Virus record (IMG/VR): IMGVR_UViG_2654587921_000002
Location: 1-64,000 of that record
DNA: 64,000 bases
DNA from: a virus
Taxonomy: Duplodnaviria > Caudoviricetes
Direction: 5' to 3' (one strand)
Within the stretch, counting starts at the first letter, position 1. Each line of letters starts with the position of its first letter. The translations under genes were made by a program, and so were the position numbers. A model generated the notes under the pieces. The model did no database searches, was not told the origin of the DNA, and saw nothing but the letters and a program-made list of their open reading frames with translations. Positions 44,409-54,790 of the stretch are shown piece by piece.

Positions 44409-45421
44409 CAGTATCCCTCCAGTACCCGGCGCAAGTCAATTTTTACGGTGTAACCGGCGCCGGCGTGGGTTGCTTCTTCAATAAAATATTTGCCATCGAA
44501 TTTGCCGTAACCTTCAACCATCACTGTCCGGGCCGCCAACAGCCGAATATCGCCTAGAAGCGAAAACGACATTTTAGTTTCGCCTTTATTTTGCTTACGA
44601 AGTTTTTTCCGAGCCAGCTTTTCGGCCTTGGCAATACTCTTTACTCGTTGGTTTATCACCAGAGTTTTACCGGTAGCTGGCTTATTGGGCGCCCGGTAGG
44701 TATGGGATATGCTTTTCTTACCTTTAGGGTCGTGATATTCTACTCGACAGGCTGAATACACGTCCCGGGTAGTGGTCGAAAAACTATGATCCAGGATATG
44801 CGACTGTCCGCGCTTGATGGTCAGTACCGGCTCCATGGCTTCATATTTTTCTTCATCAAAAATGACAATCTGCTGGTCAGACACCTTTAAAGACAAACCG
44901 GCATCTTCGCAGCGCTGCTGTAAAAATGCCAGGTCAGACTGTTCGGTTTGCTCTACTCGATCCTCTTCCGGATCGTCGTCCGTGTCGTAAAACAGGGTTA
45001 GTCCAGCTTTGGTGGCAATGTCCCGAGCAATGGTTGACAGTTTTACCTTTTCCCAGCTCCGCGTTTTTTCCTCACCGCGCAGGCTGGCCGATTCCGGCAC
45101 GGATAACGCCTTTATGGTCACAGTAGCGGGTGAGGCTTTGCCGTCAATGGCATCAATTTCAAATACGCCCAGCGGCAATTCTTCCGTTTTCTCCTGCTCT
45201 GTCCAGTGCTCGGTAACCACGCTGGCGGTCAACGTGGCGCCCTTATCCGGCAGCCAGTCACCCATCCAAAGCCCTGCACGGTCCTCCAGGCTTATCTGTA
45301 AGTCATCAGCCTTGCCGCTGGCATGGTCAGTGTAAGACCAACTAAGTAAATAAACAGCCAAGTCTGCCGATATGTCTTTGTTGTTGTAAAGTAGTTTTAG
45401 TTTCGCCCTGCGTGCCTGCAT
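44408..45421 (-). CDS. Baseplate hub / late control D (gpD)-like
   Basis: SYTDHASGKADDLQISLED..EQTEQSDLAFL..GKFDGKYFIEEATH; start ATG 45421. Confidence 0.85.
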   Translation of the reverse strand: MQARRAKLKLLYNNKDISADLAVYLLSWSYTDHASGKADDLQISLEDRAGLWMGDWLPDKGATLTASVVTEHWTEQEKTEELPLGVFEIDAIDGKASPATVTIKALSVPESASLRGEEKTRSWEKVKLSTIARDIATKAGLTLFYDTDDDPEEDRVEQTEQSDLAFLQQRCEDAGLSLKVSDQQIVIFDEEKYEAMEPVLTIKRGQSHILDHSFSTTTRDVYSACRVEYHDPKGKKSISHTYRAPNKPATGKTLVINQRVKSIAKAEKLARKKLRKQNKGETKMSFSLLGDIRLLAARTVMVEGYGKFDGKYFIEEATHAGAGYTVKIDLRRVLEGY

Positions 45422-45425
45422 AAGC

Positions 45426-45626
45426 TCACCTCTTCCATGGCGGCAATACCGTAGATGTGGCAGTAGCAACATCGGGAACTTGCAGGGCCACGTCGGCCGA
45501 GAAAAACACCGTCTCTCGGTGCTGCGGATTAGCTTCAATTAGCACCGACATTTTACGCTCGTCCCCGTACATCTTATAAGCAATAATGTCCCATGTATCG
45601 CCCAAAGCGGTTACATATTTACGCAT
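45426..45626 (-). CDS. Tail protein X (P2 gpX, LysM-like)
   Basis: YVTALGDTWDIIAYKMYG..LIEANP..LPPWKR. Confidence 0.88.
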   Translation of the reverse strand: MRKYVTALGDTWDIIAYKMYGDERKMSVLIEANPQHRETVFFSADVALQVPDVATATSTVLPPWKR

Positions 45627-47910
45627 AGCCTAGTCTCCTTTGTTGTGCCGCCCAGGCATCCATTTTGGTTTTAAAATCCTCAGCTTCATTTCGAATAACT
45701 TGGCGCACCTTTGAAGCCACATTAGGATCGCCGCCATCTACGGTTACATTCGGAGAATAGACGAAGGTCGGACCGGAACCATTACTCGCCGGACTATCAA
45801 CAAAATCCTGAAACAGTGATCCACCACCAAGCCCCATCATCTGTCCTGCTGTCGCCCAGAGGGACAGCGCCCGTGAGCTACCATCAAGCGGAATAACCGC
45901 TTCCGGACCTTTCTCTGCAAACAATCCAATGTGTGGGCTTGTGGCAATCGTACCATTAGCATAAGCTGGTATTTGCATGGATACATCGGCGGCCGCGACA
46001 CTGCCACCACCGGTAAACAGGTTTTTTACCCAGGCTGCTTTTTCTCCGAGCCAGTCAAAGGCCCGGCCAAACCGGTTATAAATCCCGTCGACAAACGCCT
46101 GCAGTGCTGCTGCCGGATCATCCCAGAACCTTGTCCACCATCCTTTTACAGTGTCCCAGTTCTTAATAAGATAATATCCGGCTGCCACTAATCCGCCAAT
46201 GCCAACGATTAACATACCAATAGGATTTGCCGTCATAGCCAAGTTCCATGCCCACTGCGCACCAGTCCATACCCTAGTTACTCCTGCCGCTGAACCCGCA
46301 ATACTAAGAAAAGTTGCCATGCGCCCTACATATAGCAAGCCGGCGCCGGCTCCTCTTGCAACATTCCAAGCCCACTGTGCTACTGTCCATGCTTTCTGCG
46401 CTGCACCTATTTTGGTCATCCATCCGTACATGCTTACGAATGGAGAGATTACCGCCCAACCAGCCCAGGTCATGGCGCTCAAAGCGACCGTGCCGCCCAG
46501 GACCGCTGCTGTCAGCTTAACTACCCAACTGCTTAGAGTCGGATATTCTTGGCTCATTTTAACTAGCCATTCCGTTCCATTGCTTACTGCACCAGCTAAT
46601 TTATTTATTTCTGGCAATAGTACTGAGCCGAAAGTAATAGCTGTGCGGACAGCTGAAGCTTTAAGACCTCTTAGTTGGCTTTCCGTGTTTTGCAGTTGAA
46701 TAGCAAATTCTTTGGACATACTGCCTTTGGCTTCATCGGAATTGCCCATCTTGATAACTCGCAAAAATTCTTCATAGTTACCAGAAATTTTGGAGAGATT
46801 ATCAACATGCTCAGCTCCAAACAACTCAGCCAAAACATTGTTTCGGGTCGCCGCATCAAGACCGCCAATGCGTTCAAACAGATTCATAATAGTGCCTTCG
46901 GCGTCTTTGAGTGCGCCAGATTGCAATTCCTCTGCTGTCAACCCAACTTCAGCAAGTGCACCCTTGAATTTTTTCGATTGCGTAGGTGCTGCCGCAACTT
47001 TTGTAAATAATGCATTAAGCGCAGTACCAGCAGTCTCACCTGTTTCACCCATTTGCAGCATAGCAGTAGCCATTCCGGCTAGCGTGGTCCGAGACATTGT
47101 AGGTATCAGGGATGTCGCTGTGCCAGCTGTTCGCTTCAATACCTGTATAATATCGGCACCAGCCGCATTCGACCGGTCATCCAGATAATTGACAGTATCG
47201 GCCAATGCTTCCAGCTGGGCAATACCTTCTGTAGTTTGCAAGCTAATACCCATGGCGCTGCCTATTTTGGCAAAATCCTCAGTAACCTGTTCCGCTGGTG
47301 CCTCAAAAGCCGTCCCCATCATAATGCCCATCCGCGCGAACTTATCAATATTTTGCATCCCTTGCACGCCAGACTTAGCAGACATGGCAAACGCCTTAGC
47401 CATGTCATCCGGCATAATCATCATGTCTTTACTGGCCTGCATAACCTGGCTTTGCGCCTGGTAGTAAACATCAGTAAGTTGCCCTGCGTCATCCCGGGCA
47501 CCGTCAACCTGCTTGGCTACGCCGGACATGGCGGATTCGAAATTTATAGCTGAATACACTGGACCGCCAACTGCCACAGCAGTTTCAACAGCCCCAGCCA
47601 TATTCGCTCGGGCATCACTACGGGACTGACTTACTTTGTTCTGCAAAGCAAAAGCCTTGGCATAACTCTTTTGTGCTTGCTCCGCTTTTGCCGTTTGTGC
47701 CGTCAGTTTTCTATAGGCGTTACTGTATTCTCCCGCTGTCAGCACGTTCTTTTTTTGCTGGGCATCAAGCTCTCTCATCTGGCCTTTTAACGATGACACC
47801 CGGGTATTAAGCTGTGTCATGCGGTCAGAGGCAGAAGAAAAGCTGCGGTTGAAGTTAGAGCCCATACGAGCCATAATATTAAATGCAATTTCATGCATGC
47901 GACCAGCCAT
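45619..47910 (-). CDS. Tail tape measure protein (TP901 family)
   Basis: AINFESAMSGVAKQV..ETAGTALNALF..NPIGMLIVGI. Confidence 0.93.
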   Translation of the reverse strand: MAGRMHEIAFNIMARMGSNFNRSFSSASDRMTQLNTRVSSLKGQMRELDAQQKKNVLTAGEYSNAYRKLTAQTAKAEQAQKSYAKAFALQNKVSQSRSDARANMAGAVETAVAVGGPVYSAINFESAMSGVAKQVDGARDDAGQLTDVYYQAQSQVMQASKDMMIMPDDMAKAFAMSAKSGVQGMQNIDKFARMGIMMGTAFEAPAEQVTEDFAKIGSAMGISLQTTEGIAQLEALADTVNYLDDRSNAAGADIIQVLKRTAGTATSLIPTMSRTTLAGMATAMLQMGETGETAGTALNALFTKVAAAPTQSKKFKGALAEVGLTAEELQSGALKDAEGTIMNLFERIGGLDAATRNNVLAELFGAEHVDNLSKISGNYEEFLRVIKMGNSDEAKGSMSKEFAIQLQNTESQLRGLKASAVRTAITFGSVLLPEINKLAGAVSNGTEWLVKMSQEYPTLSSWVVKLTAAVLGGTVALSAMTWAGWAVISPFVSMYGWMTKIGAAQKAWTVAQWAWNVARGAGAGLLYVGRMATFLSIAGSAAGVTRVWTGAQWAWNLAMTANPIGMLIVGIGGLVAAGYYLIKNWDTVKGWWTRFWDDPAAALQAFVDGIYNRFGRAFDWLGEKAAWVKNLFTGGGSVAAADVSMQIPAYANGTIATSPHIGLFAEKGPEAVIPLDGSSRALSLWATAGQMMGLGGGSLFQDFVDSPASNGSGPTFVYSPNVTVDGGDPNVASKVRQVIRNEAEDFKTKMDAWAAQQRRLGYA

Positions 47911-48394
47911 TACTTCTGCCTCCTTTGCGCATCATTAATGGTTTCAATCCAGGCTTCAAGTTCTGGGAAAGGCATGCTTAGCCAATATGTAACCGAAGTC
48001 CGCGCTTCTCTGGACAATCGCAGTGCCACTGCTCTGATTGTCTTGGCCGGTTTAGCGCCCAATCCTATTCGAGCAAAAAACTTTGCACTTCTCCAGTAAC
48101 ACTGCTAAATTCTTTGGCCGGTAGCGCTTGTATCAAGTCGACTGAAACACCAGCCGCTTTAGCTGCAATGATGGCCTGGTAAGCCTTCGCTGACTCTAGC
48201 ATTATGGCGCGTACTCCCATAGCCCGCGCTTCGGCTTCAGCGTCAATTACATCCTTGCCGGTTAATTTGTCCAAATCTAACTTGATTTCGGTATATTTAT
48301 TGCCTTCAAATACAAACGGCTTTCTAAACGGAATCGTGATATTTCCCGTGGTAGTGTCTTGGTTTTCACTAGCAGTACCTTCCTGGTTTTTCAT
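47911..48394 (-). CDS. Tail assembly chaperone gpE (48065-48394) and -1 frameshift product gpE'
   Basis: Slippery GTTTTTTG (A6 at 48075-48080) just before the gpE stop; the -1 frame continues FARIGLG...YWLSMPFPELEAWIETIN...QK*. Confidence 0.8.
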
Positions 48395-48454
48395 TTCATA
48401 TTCCTCCTTGCTATTTACCTGTATTTCACATATACTGGAAGTGAGGTGAAAGAC

Positions 48455-48670
48455 ATGGACATTCTACATATGCTCTTGCGCATAATAGTCTTAGCAATAT
48501 CCATACCTTTCGGCCTGCTGGCCGCTTTGATACCTGGCTACGCCGCCGGACAGATCGTAGCGATGATCGGCCTACCGGCTGAAATTGGTTACTATCTGGT
48601 GGGCGGACTGGTGCTGGTAGTGTTTTGTGCCTACTTCCAGGACCGGATCACGCCACCGAAAAACGCATAA
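48455..48670 (+). CDS. Small multi-pass membrane protein inserted antisense in the tail operon
   Basis: RBS GAGGTG; 71 aa, almost all hydrophobic; own terminator at 48683-48712. Confidence 0.65.
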   Translation: MDILHMLLRIIVLAISIPFGLLAALIPGYAAGQIVAMIGLPAEIGYYLVGGLVLVVFCAYFQDRITPPKNA

Positions 48671-48713
48671 ACGAAATTATTCAGGCCGTACCCGGTTAAG
48701 GTACGGCCTTTTA

Positions 48714-49232
48714 TTATCCACCAAGCGCCAGGCGAACGGCGGCGAGATAATCCACCCCATCAATCTTGCAGATAAAATTCAGCTTGTCGATTTCGATGTA
48801 TTCTTTGCCGTCATACCAAACCTTATAATAGGTTACTTCCAGCGTATTAGAACTGTCTGTTGGGGAACCGACTTCTAGCTTGCCGGGCTCCGTGCTTTTC
48901 GGTATGCCGTTGACCGTCACTCGCAGCGGCACTGCCCGGTAGGTGCCGTTGGCTGCGTCATGCACCTGAATTGCACCCCGCAAATCGAGCTGGTGAACTT
49001 TCGGAGCTGCAAGAGAAAGTGATTTCGGTGTCGGTGTGCGCCATGACAATGAAAGTTCCATGCTGCTATAATGACCGATAACCGGGCTGTCGTATTCGCC
49101 AGCAATGCCGGCGCCTTTGACAGTTTCCGTCATTGCTTCTAATTTCGGCAATTCTGCATCAACGAGGCCGACAAAGTTTGTTCCATTTTCATATGCCCGG
49201 AAATTGATTAGTTTTTCAGGGATTCGATTCAT
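48714..49232 (-). CDS. Major tail tube protein (P2 FII-like)
   Basis: IPEKLINFRAY..VKGAGIAGEY..IEIDKLNFICKIDGVDYL. Confidence 0.92.
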   Translation of the reverse strand: MNRIPEKLINFRAYENGTNFVGLVDAELPKLEAMTETVKGAGIAGEYDSPVIGHYSSMELSLSWRTPTPKSLSLAAPKVHQLDLRGAIQVHDAANGTYRAVPLRVTVNGIPKSTEPGKLEVGSPTDSSNTLEVTYYKVWYDGKEYIEIDKLNFICKIDGVDYLAAVRLALGG

Positions 49233-49252
49233 ACATAAGCCTCCTTTCTTAG

Positions 49253-50713
49253 TTAATCAAACAGTGTGCTGAAATAGGACACATCATATTCGATTACTTC
49301 CTCGATATCCTCGGCCGGAGGAGGTGGTGCAACATAATAGTGCAAGCGAAAAACCCCGTTCAGCAAGTCTGTTACGGGGTTTTCTGATTCTAAAAACTCA
49401 ACCCGCCCGCCAAGAATTTTCTCCGTGGCCGCAAGGCCGTTAAACCAGATATTGGCGCTATCCACGAGCGTATCCACCAATCGGCGATTGGTCGGATCAT
49501 CAACTTTTTGCCAATGGGTCAGTACTAAGGTGTTTGCAATCCAGTTAAACATGCGCCGTACCGGAATAAAGGCGTCTTTAATGTCAGTGTTACTCGGGTA
49601 TGCGCCGGTACGGTTCCCCCAAAGTTTCCAGCCACCAATAAAGTTTAGTGCGGTAACAATTCCCTGGCCGTTTAGGTAGTTAGCCTGAATCAAGTCAAGA
49701 TACACTTTTTTACCGTCTGCTGTCAGCGCCATGTTAGCTTGCAGGGATTTATTAGACGGCGACTTATATGGAATATCGTCATTGGCCGCATCCGTCTGGC
49801 AACAAATCCCGGCCAGTTGCGTACTGAGATGAAACTGTTTGCCGCTTAAAGCAACTTTCGGCCAACAGACTATGAGCTGTGGGTCAATATAATTGTTATT
49901 GGTTTTCCAAGCTGGCACCTGAGTATATTGCGTAGCCGCATCTTCACCGGTTGTGGGTATATCGGCAATCGCCGTCGCCTGAAATACGCCGTTAATGCTG
50001 CCAGACTTGGCATGCAGTACTGCAGCTACCAGCGGATCCGTAGACCAGCCGGGGGCTAAAACTTGTCCAGGGACAAGTTGAAACATCGGATACACCCGGG
50101 CAACCAGTTCTAAACCCTCTGGCTCACCAGTGGTGATGTCGATACCGCCAACAATGTCGTCACTATCGACCATATCCGGCTTCAGTTTGGTGTAACTCAA
50201 AACTAAAGACGTTTTCTCGGCCGTAATTTCGCCACCCTCGACGGGGGTAATAACAACATTGAGCTCGTCATTGTAACCAGCAACATAGTCTGTGCCTTTT
50301 ACTAACGGTTGTCCGGCTTCGACCAGTTTAACTACCAGTGTACCCAAAAGGACTGGCTCGCCAGAGATAATGGCCGTACCGTCAGCAATGTTTACGGATT
50401 TATTGGTTACAGCTTCTTTATGCACCGCCGGGTCAAGTACGTTAATCAATACCACCGGAGCCACATTAAATAGGGAAAAATGACTGTAAATAAACTCGCA
50501 GAGAGTGTATTTATCCCAGTCATTTGAATACCCGAAAGCCTTGACTGCCTCGGCGTAGGAATAACAAAGTACCGGATTATTCGCCCCTGCTGGTTCACTG
50601 GCAAGGTGAAGCGGCGCTGTACCGAATACAACTGGTAGCCCCGCTGATGTTTTCACCGGTGGAATAATAGATGTTGGTACTTCTGAAGGAAATACGCCAT
50701 GTTTATACGTCAC
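49253..50713 (-). CDS. Tail sheath protein
   Basis: YKHGV..PYKSPSNK..LNGQGIVT..GWKLWGNRT..FIPVRRM..PPPPAEDI. Confidence 0.93.
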   Translation of the reverse strand: MTYKHGVFPSEVPTSIIPPVKTSAGLPVVFGTAPLHLASEPAGANNPVLCYSYAEAVKAFGYSNDWDKYTLCEFIYSHFSLFNVAPVVLINVLDPAVHKEAVTNKSVNIADGTAIISGEPVLLGTLVVKLVEAGQPLVKGTDYVAGYNDELNVVITPVEGGEITAEKTSLVLSYTKLKPDMVDSDDIVGGIDITTGEPEGLELVARVYPMFQLVPGQVLAPGWSTDPLVAAVLHAKSGSINGVFQATAIADIPTTGEDAATQYTQVPAWKTNNNYIDPQLIVCWPKVALSGKQFHLSTQLAGICCQTDAANDDIPYKSPSNKSLQANMALTADGKKVYLDLIQANYLNGQGIVTALNFIGGWKLWGNRTGAYPSNTDIKDAFIPVRRMFNWIANTLVLTHWQKVDDPTNRRLVDTLVDSANIWFNGLAATEKILGGRVEFLESENPVTDLLNGVFRLHYYVAPPPPAEDIEEVIEYDVSYFSTLFD

Positions 50714-50999
50714 GTTTCAAGCCTCCTTCCTGGATGAATTTCTGGATTTCCTTATACCGCAGGTTTTCCAGTGAACCTGATGATTGAATAGCTGTGGTGA
50801 CGGCTTGCAGCTTGGCCGGTGGCACAAATAGCGATTTTATCCCTGGACACTTTTCAACCACATCTTTCAGATGCTCCGGAATCCCGCCTTTATAGATGGT
50901 ATGCCGCTGCAGCAGTCCGCCAGGCAGGCTGGGGCCGCAATAAATAAAGCGCTCCGTTTTCACGGGCGCTTGTTCTTTCTTATTAGCCATAATATGCAT
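50703..50999 (-). CDS. Hypothetical tail-region protein
   Basis: IYCGPSLP..HTIYKGGIP; in operon. Confidence 0.6.
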   Translation of the reverse strand: MHIMANKKEQAPVKTERFIYCGPSLPGGLLQRHTIYKGGIPEHLKDVVEKCPGIKSLFVPPAKLQAVTTAIQSSGSLENLRYKEIQKFIQEGGLKRDV

Positions 51000-51474
51000 C
51001 TTCCTCCATTTCCGTTAGAATCGGCCGACCGATGGCCCATGTAGTAGTCATCCAGGCAATCCAATACGGCCAAGGCTGTTCGTCCGGTTGCTCCCACTTA
51101 ATGGGTAATTGCAAATCGAAATGTCTAGCCAGCGGCCGGCGCGTGATGATAGCCTGCCGGATCCGTTCCAATACATTCAGTGGGTCCCGCCAGCCCTGGC
51201 CATGTTTTGAGTAGGTCGTTGCAATCAGTCGAACAGTGGCCGTACCGACATCCTGGGTATCTTCTCCTGAGCGGAAGCGGACCAGAACAAATGGTACTGC
51301 TCTTGCAAATTCATCGTCCGGCGGTTTCCCTGGTCGCGGTTCGTCATCATCCAAAAAACCAGCAACTACGGACGGCGGACGCGGCGGTCCAGTTTTGGCC
51401 TCCAGGACTAATTCGGCAGTGGCGTCGGTAATTAACTTACATAATTCGTCGACTAAGATAAGCGGTGTACTCAT
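50983..51474 (-). CDS. Tail terminator/completion-like protein
   Basis: Position in the operon; PFVLVRF..EQPWPYW. Confidence 0.55.
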   Translation of the reverse strand: MSTPLILVDELCKLITDATAELVLEAKTGPPRPPSVVAGFLDDDEPRPGKPPDDEFARAVPFVLVRFRSGEDTQDVGTATVRLIATTYSKHGQGWRDPLNVLERIRQAIITRRPLARHFDLQLPIKWEQPDEQPWPYWIAWMTTTWAIGRPILTEMEEDAYYG

Positions 51475-52034
51475 TTGCCATACCTCGCTAACATACGGTT
51501 AATTTCGTGATTTAGTCGGTCGCTTAGCCGCCGGTTTGCGCCGGCTTCGACATATTGGCTAACTGATTTACTTTCTAGCATCTGGGCAACGGATGGGCCG
51601 TGTCGCTGGACAATAGGGAAGCGGCCAGCGCTAGTACGATTAAATACACCGACATGGCCGCTGGACATTTTTGCCACAAATGATTTTGCAATGGTACCAC
51701 CGCCTGATCGTTTTACCTGAGCATATACACCATCAGCCGGCCGGCGCTTAGTTACTTTGCCCGGGCGAATTTTATAGTACGACAGCGCCCGCGGCCGTCC
51801 CCGGGAGGTTACTGCCGCGCTTAGATTGGATGTACTAGCCTTGCTAATACTGATAGTTTCGCGCACACGACCGGCAGTGATGGTATAGTCTTCTTTTGCC
51901 TTGGTCACCGCATCAGTCCGCGCCCCTTCGGCTGCCCGGTTTATAGCATTGGCAAGCACTTTCGGTATAGCTCCTGGGATATGCCCCAGCATCAGCTTTG
52001 CCATGTTAATCTGCTCAGCCGTAATATCAATCAT
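51471..52034 (-). CDS. Minor tail protein Z-like
   Basis: LANAINRAA..SGHVGVFNR..RFPI..GPSVAQM. Confidence 0.75.
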   Translation of the reverse strand: MIDITAEQINMAKLMLGHIPGAIPKVLANAINRAAEGARTDAVTKAKEDYTITAGRVRETISISKASTSNLSAAVTSRGRPRALSYYKIRPGKVTKRRPADGVYAQVKRSGGGTIAKSFVAKMSSGHVGVFNRTSAGRFPIVQRHGPSVAQMLESKSVSQYVEAGANRRLSDRLNHEINRMLARYGK

Positions 52035-52354
52035 GAGCGATTCGCCCCCAGATCAATTTCCAGCATCCCCGCACTGGCAGCACAATTAAGCACCTTGTAC
52101 CATTCCCCGTCTACCGTCATTTTCTGATCACGTTCCGGTCGGTATCCCAAATCCGACTCACTGACAAACAGGGTTAATTCCCGCTGGTAGATTCCATCAT
52201 AGCTATCGCTTTGCCGGTTACTGCGCTGTTTGGAGATATCATCATCCACAACACAGAGGATTTGCTGGCCGTCAATCTCGTGCATCTCGGCGAATTCATC
52301 AGGATTAAGAAAAACGGCCACCAAATCGGCGGCCATCATATCTTTGAGACTCAT
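52031..52354 (-). CDS. Head-tail joining protein
   Basis: FLNPDEFAEMHEIDG..VDGEWYKV. Confidence 0.7.
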   Translation of the reverse strand: MSLKDMMAADLVAVFLNPDEFAEMHEIDGQQILCVVDDDISKQRSNRQSDSYDGIYQRELTLFVSESDLGYRPERDQKMTVDGEWYKVLNCAASAGMLEIDLGANRS

Positions 52355-52355
52355 A

Positions 52356-52700
52356 TTATCCTACCAATTTGACAGTAGCAGTTGTCGCGGCCTGCAGTTT
52401 AGCAGACAAACACCAGCCACCTATTGGTATATTATCAGTGGCAGTTTTAGTCAATTTACTTGCTGTTCCATCCCAATAAAGAACGTCACCTGCACCAAAA
52501 GCCACTGTTGTAACAGCCGGTACATCTGCAAAGACACCTTTAACTGCTACGCCACCAACACTCCCTGGTGCAATATCGGCCACTGCAAAGCCAATTCTTG
52601 TAGTAAGTGACACAACCTGACCGGCAGTAATGGTTTCCGTTCCGGCATTATAGTAATCAATAATATCACCGTTTTGTTGATATACACCTTGTCTTGCCAT
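52356..52700 (-). CDS. DUF2190 capsid decoration/cement protein
   Basis: YQQNGDIIDY..GFAVADIAPGSVGGVAVKGVF..GDVLYWD. Confidence 0.85.
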   Translation of the reverse strand: MARQGVYQQNGDIIDYYNAGTETITAGQVVSLTTRIGFAVADIAPGSVGGVAVKGVFADVPAVTTVAFGAGDVLYWDGTASKLTKTATDNIPIGGWCLSAKLQAATTATVKLVG

Positions 52701-52738
52701 TCTTATTCCTCCATTTTATAATGTTTTAACTCTAACAT

Positions 52739-54790
52739 TTATTTACCAGGGTTTTTGTATAGACCACGGAAGTCCAACGCTTTTACGCCGAACTCGGAAC
52801 GAACCTTATAGGTAATTCCGTCTACTTCAAAGCCAGGCTGCGTTTCAATGTATGGAGTATCTTCCCCGTTCAAGAATGCAACCTCTATCGTATCAATGAA
52901 ACCAGGAGCCGTTGCAAAATAATAGGCGTCCGGATCTACGGCATCCAACTGTGCATCGGCTACTACCTCTAACAGGTTTTGAAATACATTAGTTGCTGCA
53001 TTGTTAGCCCCTACATCCACGGCAGATTTTACAAGCTGCATCGCATCAAACTGTAAGGCTACAGGGCCAATCCAAAACGCCGGCGTAATGTTAAGCGGAA
53101 CGGCATCCTTCTTCTGCAGCCCTTTTTGTTTTGCCATGGCTGTGAACCCTGCCTTAAAAGTTTCCTTGCTTGGCGCTGCTTTGACTGTGGCTTCAATATT
53201 GGCATGAGGAGTGCTGAATAATGCATTGCCGTCTGCCATTTTGGGGTTGCCGGTTAAAATGGAATAAACCGAATAATTGATGGTTAGCCGAGCAGCGGCA
53301 CCAAACTTAGTCGGGATATCCGTCAACGCTTGCAGATCATCGTTAATGATGTCTTCACGGGTTAAGCTGAATAGTTCGCCGTATTTTTCCAACTGGATAT
53401 ACTCGCCGGTATCAGACATAGCCACATATTTATACTCATTTCCTTTGGTGACTTTACGCAGTAACGGTGCCTCGCTCACCTGCACCCTGAGTGCTGGCTT
53501 ATAATCATTCAGATTCCCTCGCTTGGTCCAACGTTGGTAAGTTGTTGGTGCAGTTTGATATGCCGTCATAAGAGATTTATTTGCAACGTTGGCCAGGACA
53601 CTGGGGAAGTCCGATGTGGAAATAACGGCTCTGACCAGTTCCCTGCGATCATACCCACGAAATGCTTTGCCATGCGTACGTTGATATATTTCACGCGCCA
53701 GGTCAATCATCGTCATTCCCCGCAGGCTTTCAAACCCGGCCGCCGGTTTCTCAACTTTTAGACCAGCTCTGAAAGACATTGCATCGGAAGCAGCTGCGCG
53801 AAATTTATCCACATCCTCCTGGCCGAATTCAATTGCAGGGGTTTCAATTGGTGTTCGTTGTTTAGCTAATCGCTGGACAATTTCTTTATTAACATCAGCA
53901 ACGGTAACACCAGAACGTATGAATTCCGTAGTGTCTAATTCTAATTGGGGAAAATTCCTGCAAAGTTCAGTAATTTCCAGTGCTCTCTGCGTTTCCTGTG
54001 CTCTAATTTCTTCAGGGGTTTGATTAGTTGTTTTACTTTGAGTATTGGTTTCAGGCATAGGTTGTTCACTCCTTTGTTCTTCTTGATTATTTTGAATTTG
54101 CGGTTGTGTCAATACTGGTTCAAACTTTACCGTTACTGCTTCTGGTTTAAGCAATGACCGAACACTTTCATCGTTCTTTAAAACATCTGCTATAATCCCA
54201 GCAATATCTGTTTCCTCTTGTTCCAACGACCTGCCAATTCCTACATTGGGATCAGCTGCCGTTGGTTCTAGACTAACTTCAAATGGTTCCCAGTCAATTA
54301 CAATTTCACAGGGGCCAGCAAAACCACGAACTACTTTTCCTGGTTCAACAACTGTATAAGCATTAGTAACATAGCCCATAGAAACCCCACGCAAGGATTC
54401 GCTATCGACCTTCCCTTTGATTTCTTGCGCTTTAGTATCACTATCAAATCGCACTTTGATGCGACATGTTCTTGCCTGTTCATCTTGCCAGGCATCAACA
54501 ATTGGGCCTAGAGGTACTAATCCGTGATTTGGATCTCGTCCATGGGCAAATAAAAAAGAGCCAACTGTTTTTAGTCGCTCTAATTTTGGTTCGCCTGGGT
54601 CATGACCTAGAATTTCAGTCCCCCACCAACGCGGGACTGGAGTTTCACTGGAAAAACTAAATTCATACACACCATCTTCGCCATCAACAGCTCTCATATC
54701 AGCGAGCTCTAAATAGCGATATTGTTTAGTCCCCTGCTCCTGTTGCCGGCGTTTTTTTGTTTCCTCCGCCTTCATCGGCAATATCATCAC
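52739..54790 (-). CDS. Prohead protease-major capsid fusion protein
   Basis: FSFSSETPV..FLFAHGRD..VSMGY..WEPFEVSL (protease); STSDFP..DDL..DIP..GAAA..PYIE..DFRGLYKNPG (capsid). Confidence 0.9.
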   Translation of the reverse strand: MMILPMKAEETKKRRQQEQGTKQYRYLELADMRAVDGEDGVYEFSFSSETPVPRWWGTEILGHDPGEPKLERLKTVGSFLFAHGRDPNHGLVPLGPIVDAWQDEQARTCRIKVRFDSDTKAQEIKGKVDSESLRGVSMGYVTNAYTVVEPGKVVRGFAGPCEIVIDWEPFEVSLEPTAADPNVGIGRSLEQEETDIAGIIADVLKNDESVRSLLKPEAVTVKFEPVLTQPQIQNNQEEQRSEQPMPETNTQSKTTNQTPEEIRAQETQRALEITELCRNFPQLELDTTEFIRSGVTVADVNKEIVQRLAKQRTPIETPAIEFGQEDVDKFRAAASDAMSFRAGLKVEKPAAGFESLRGMTMIDLAREIYQRTHGKAFRGYDRRELVRAVISTSDFPSVLANVANKSLMTAYQTAPTTYQRWTKRGNLNDYKPALRVQVSEAPLLRKVTKGNEYKYVAMSDTGEYIQLEKYGELFSLTREDIINDDLQALTDIPTKFGAAARLTINYSVYSILTGNPKMADGNALFSTPHANIEATVKAAPSKETFKAGFTAMAKQKGLQKKDAVPLNITPAFWIGPVALQFDAMQLVKSAVDVGANNAATNVFQNLLEVVADAQLDAVDPDAYYFATAPGFIDTIEVAFLNGEDTPYIETQPGFEVDGITYKVRSEFGVKALDFRGLYKNPGK

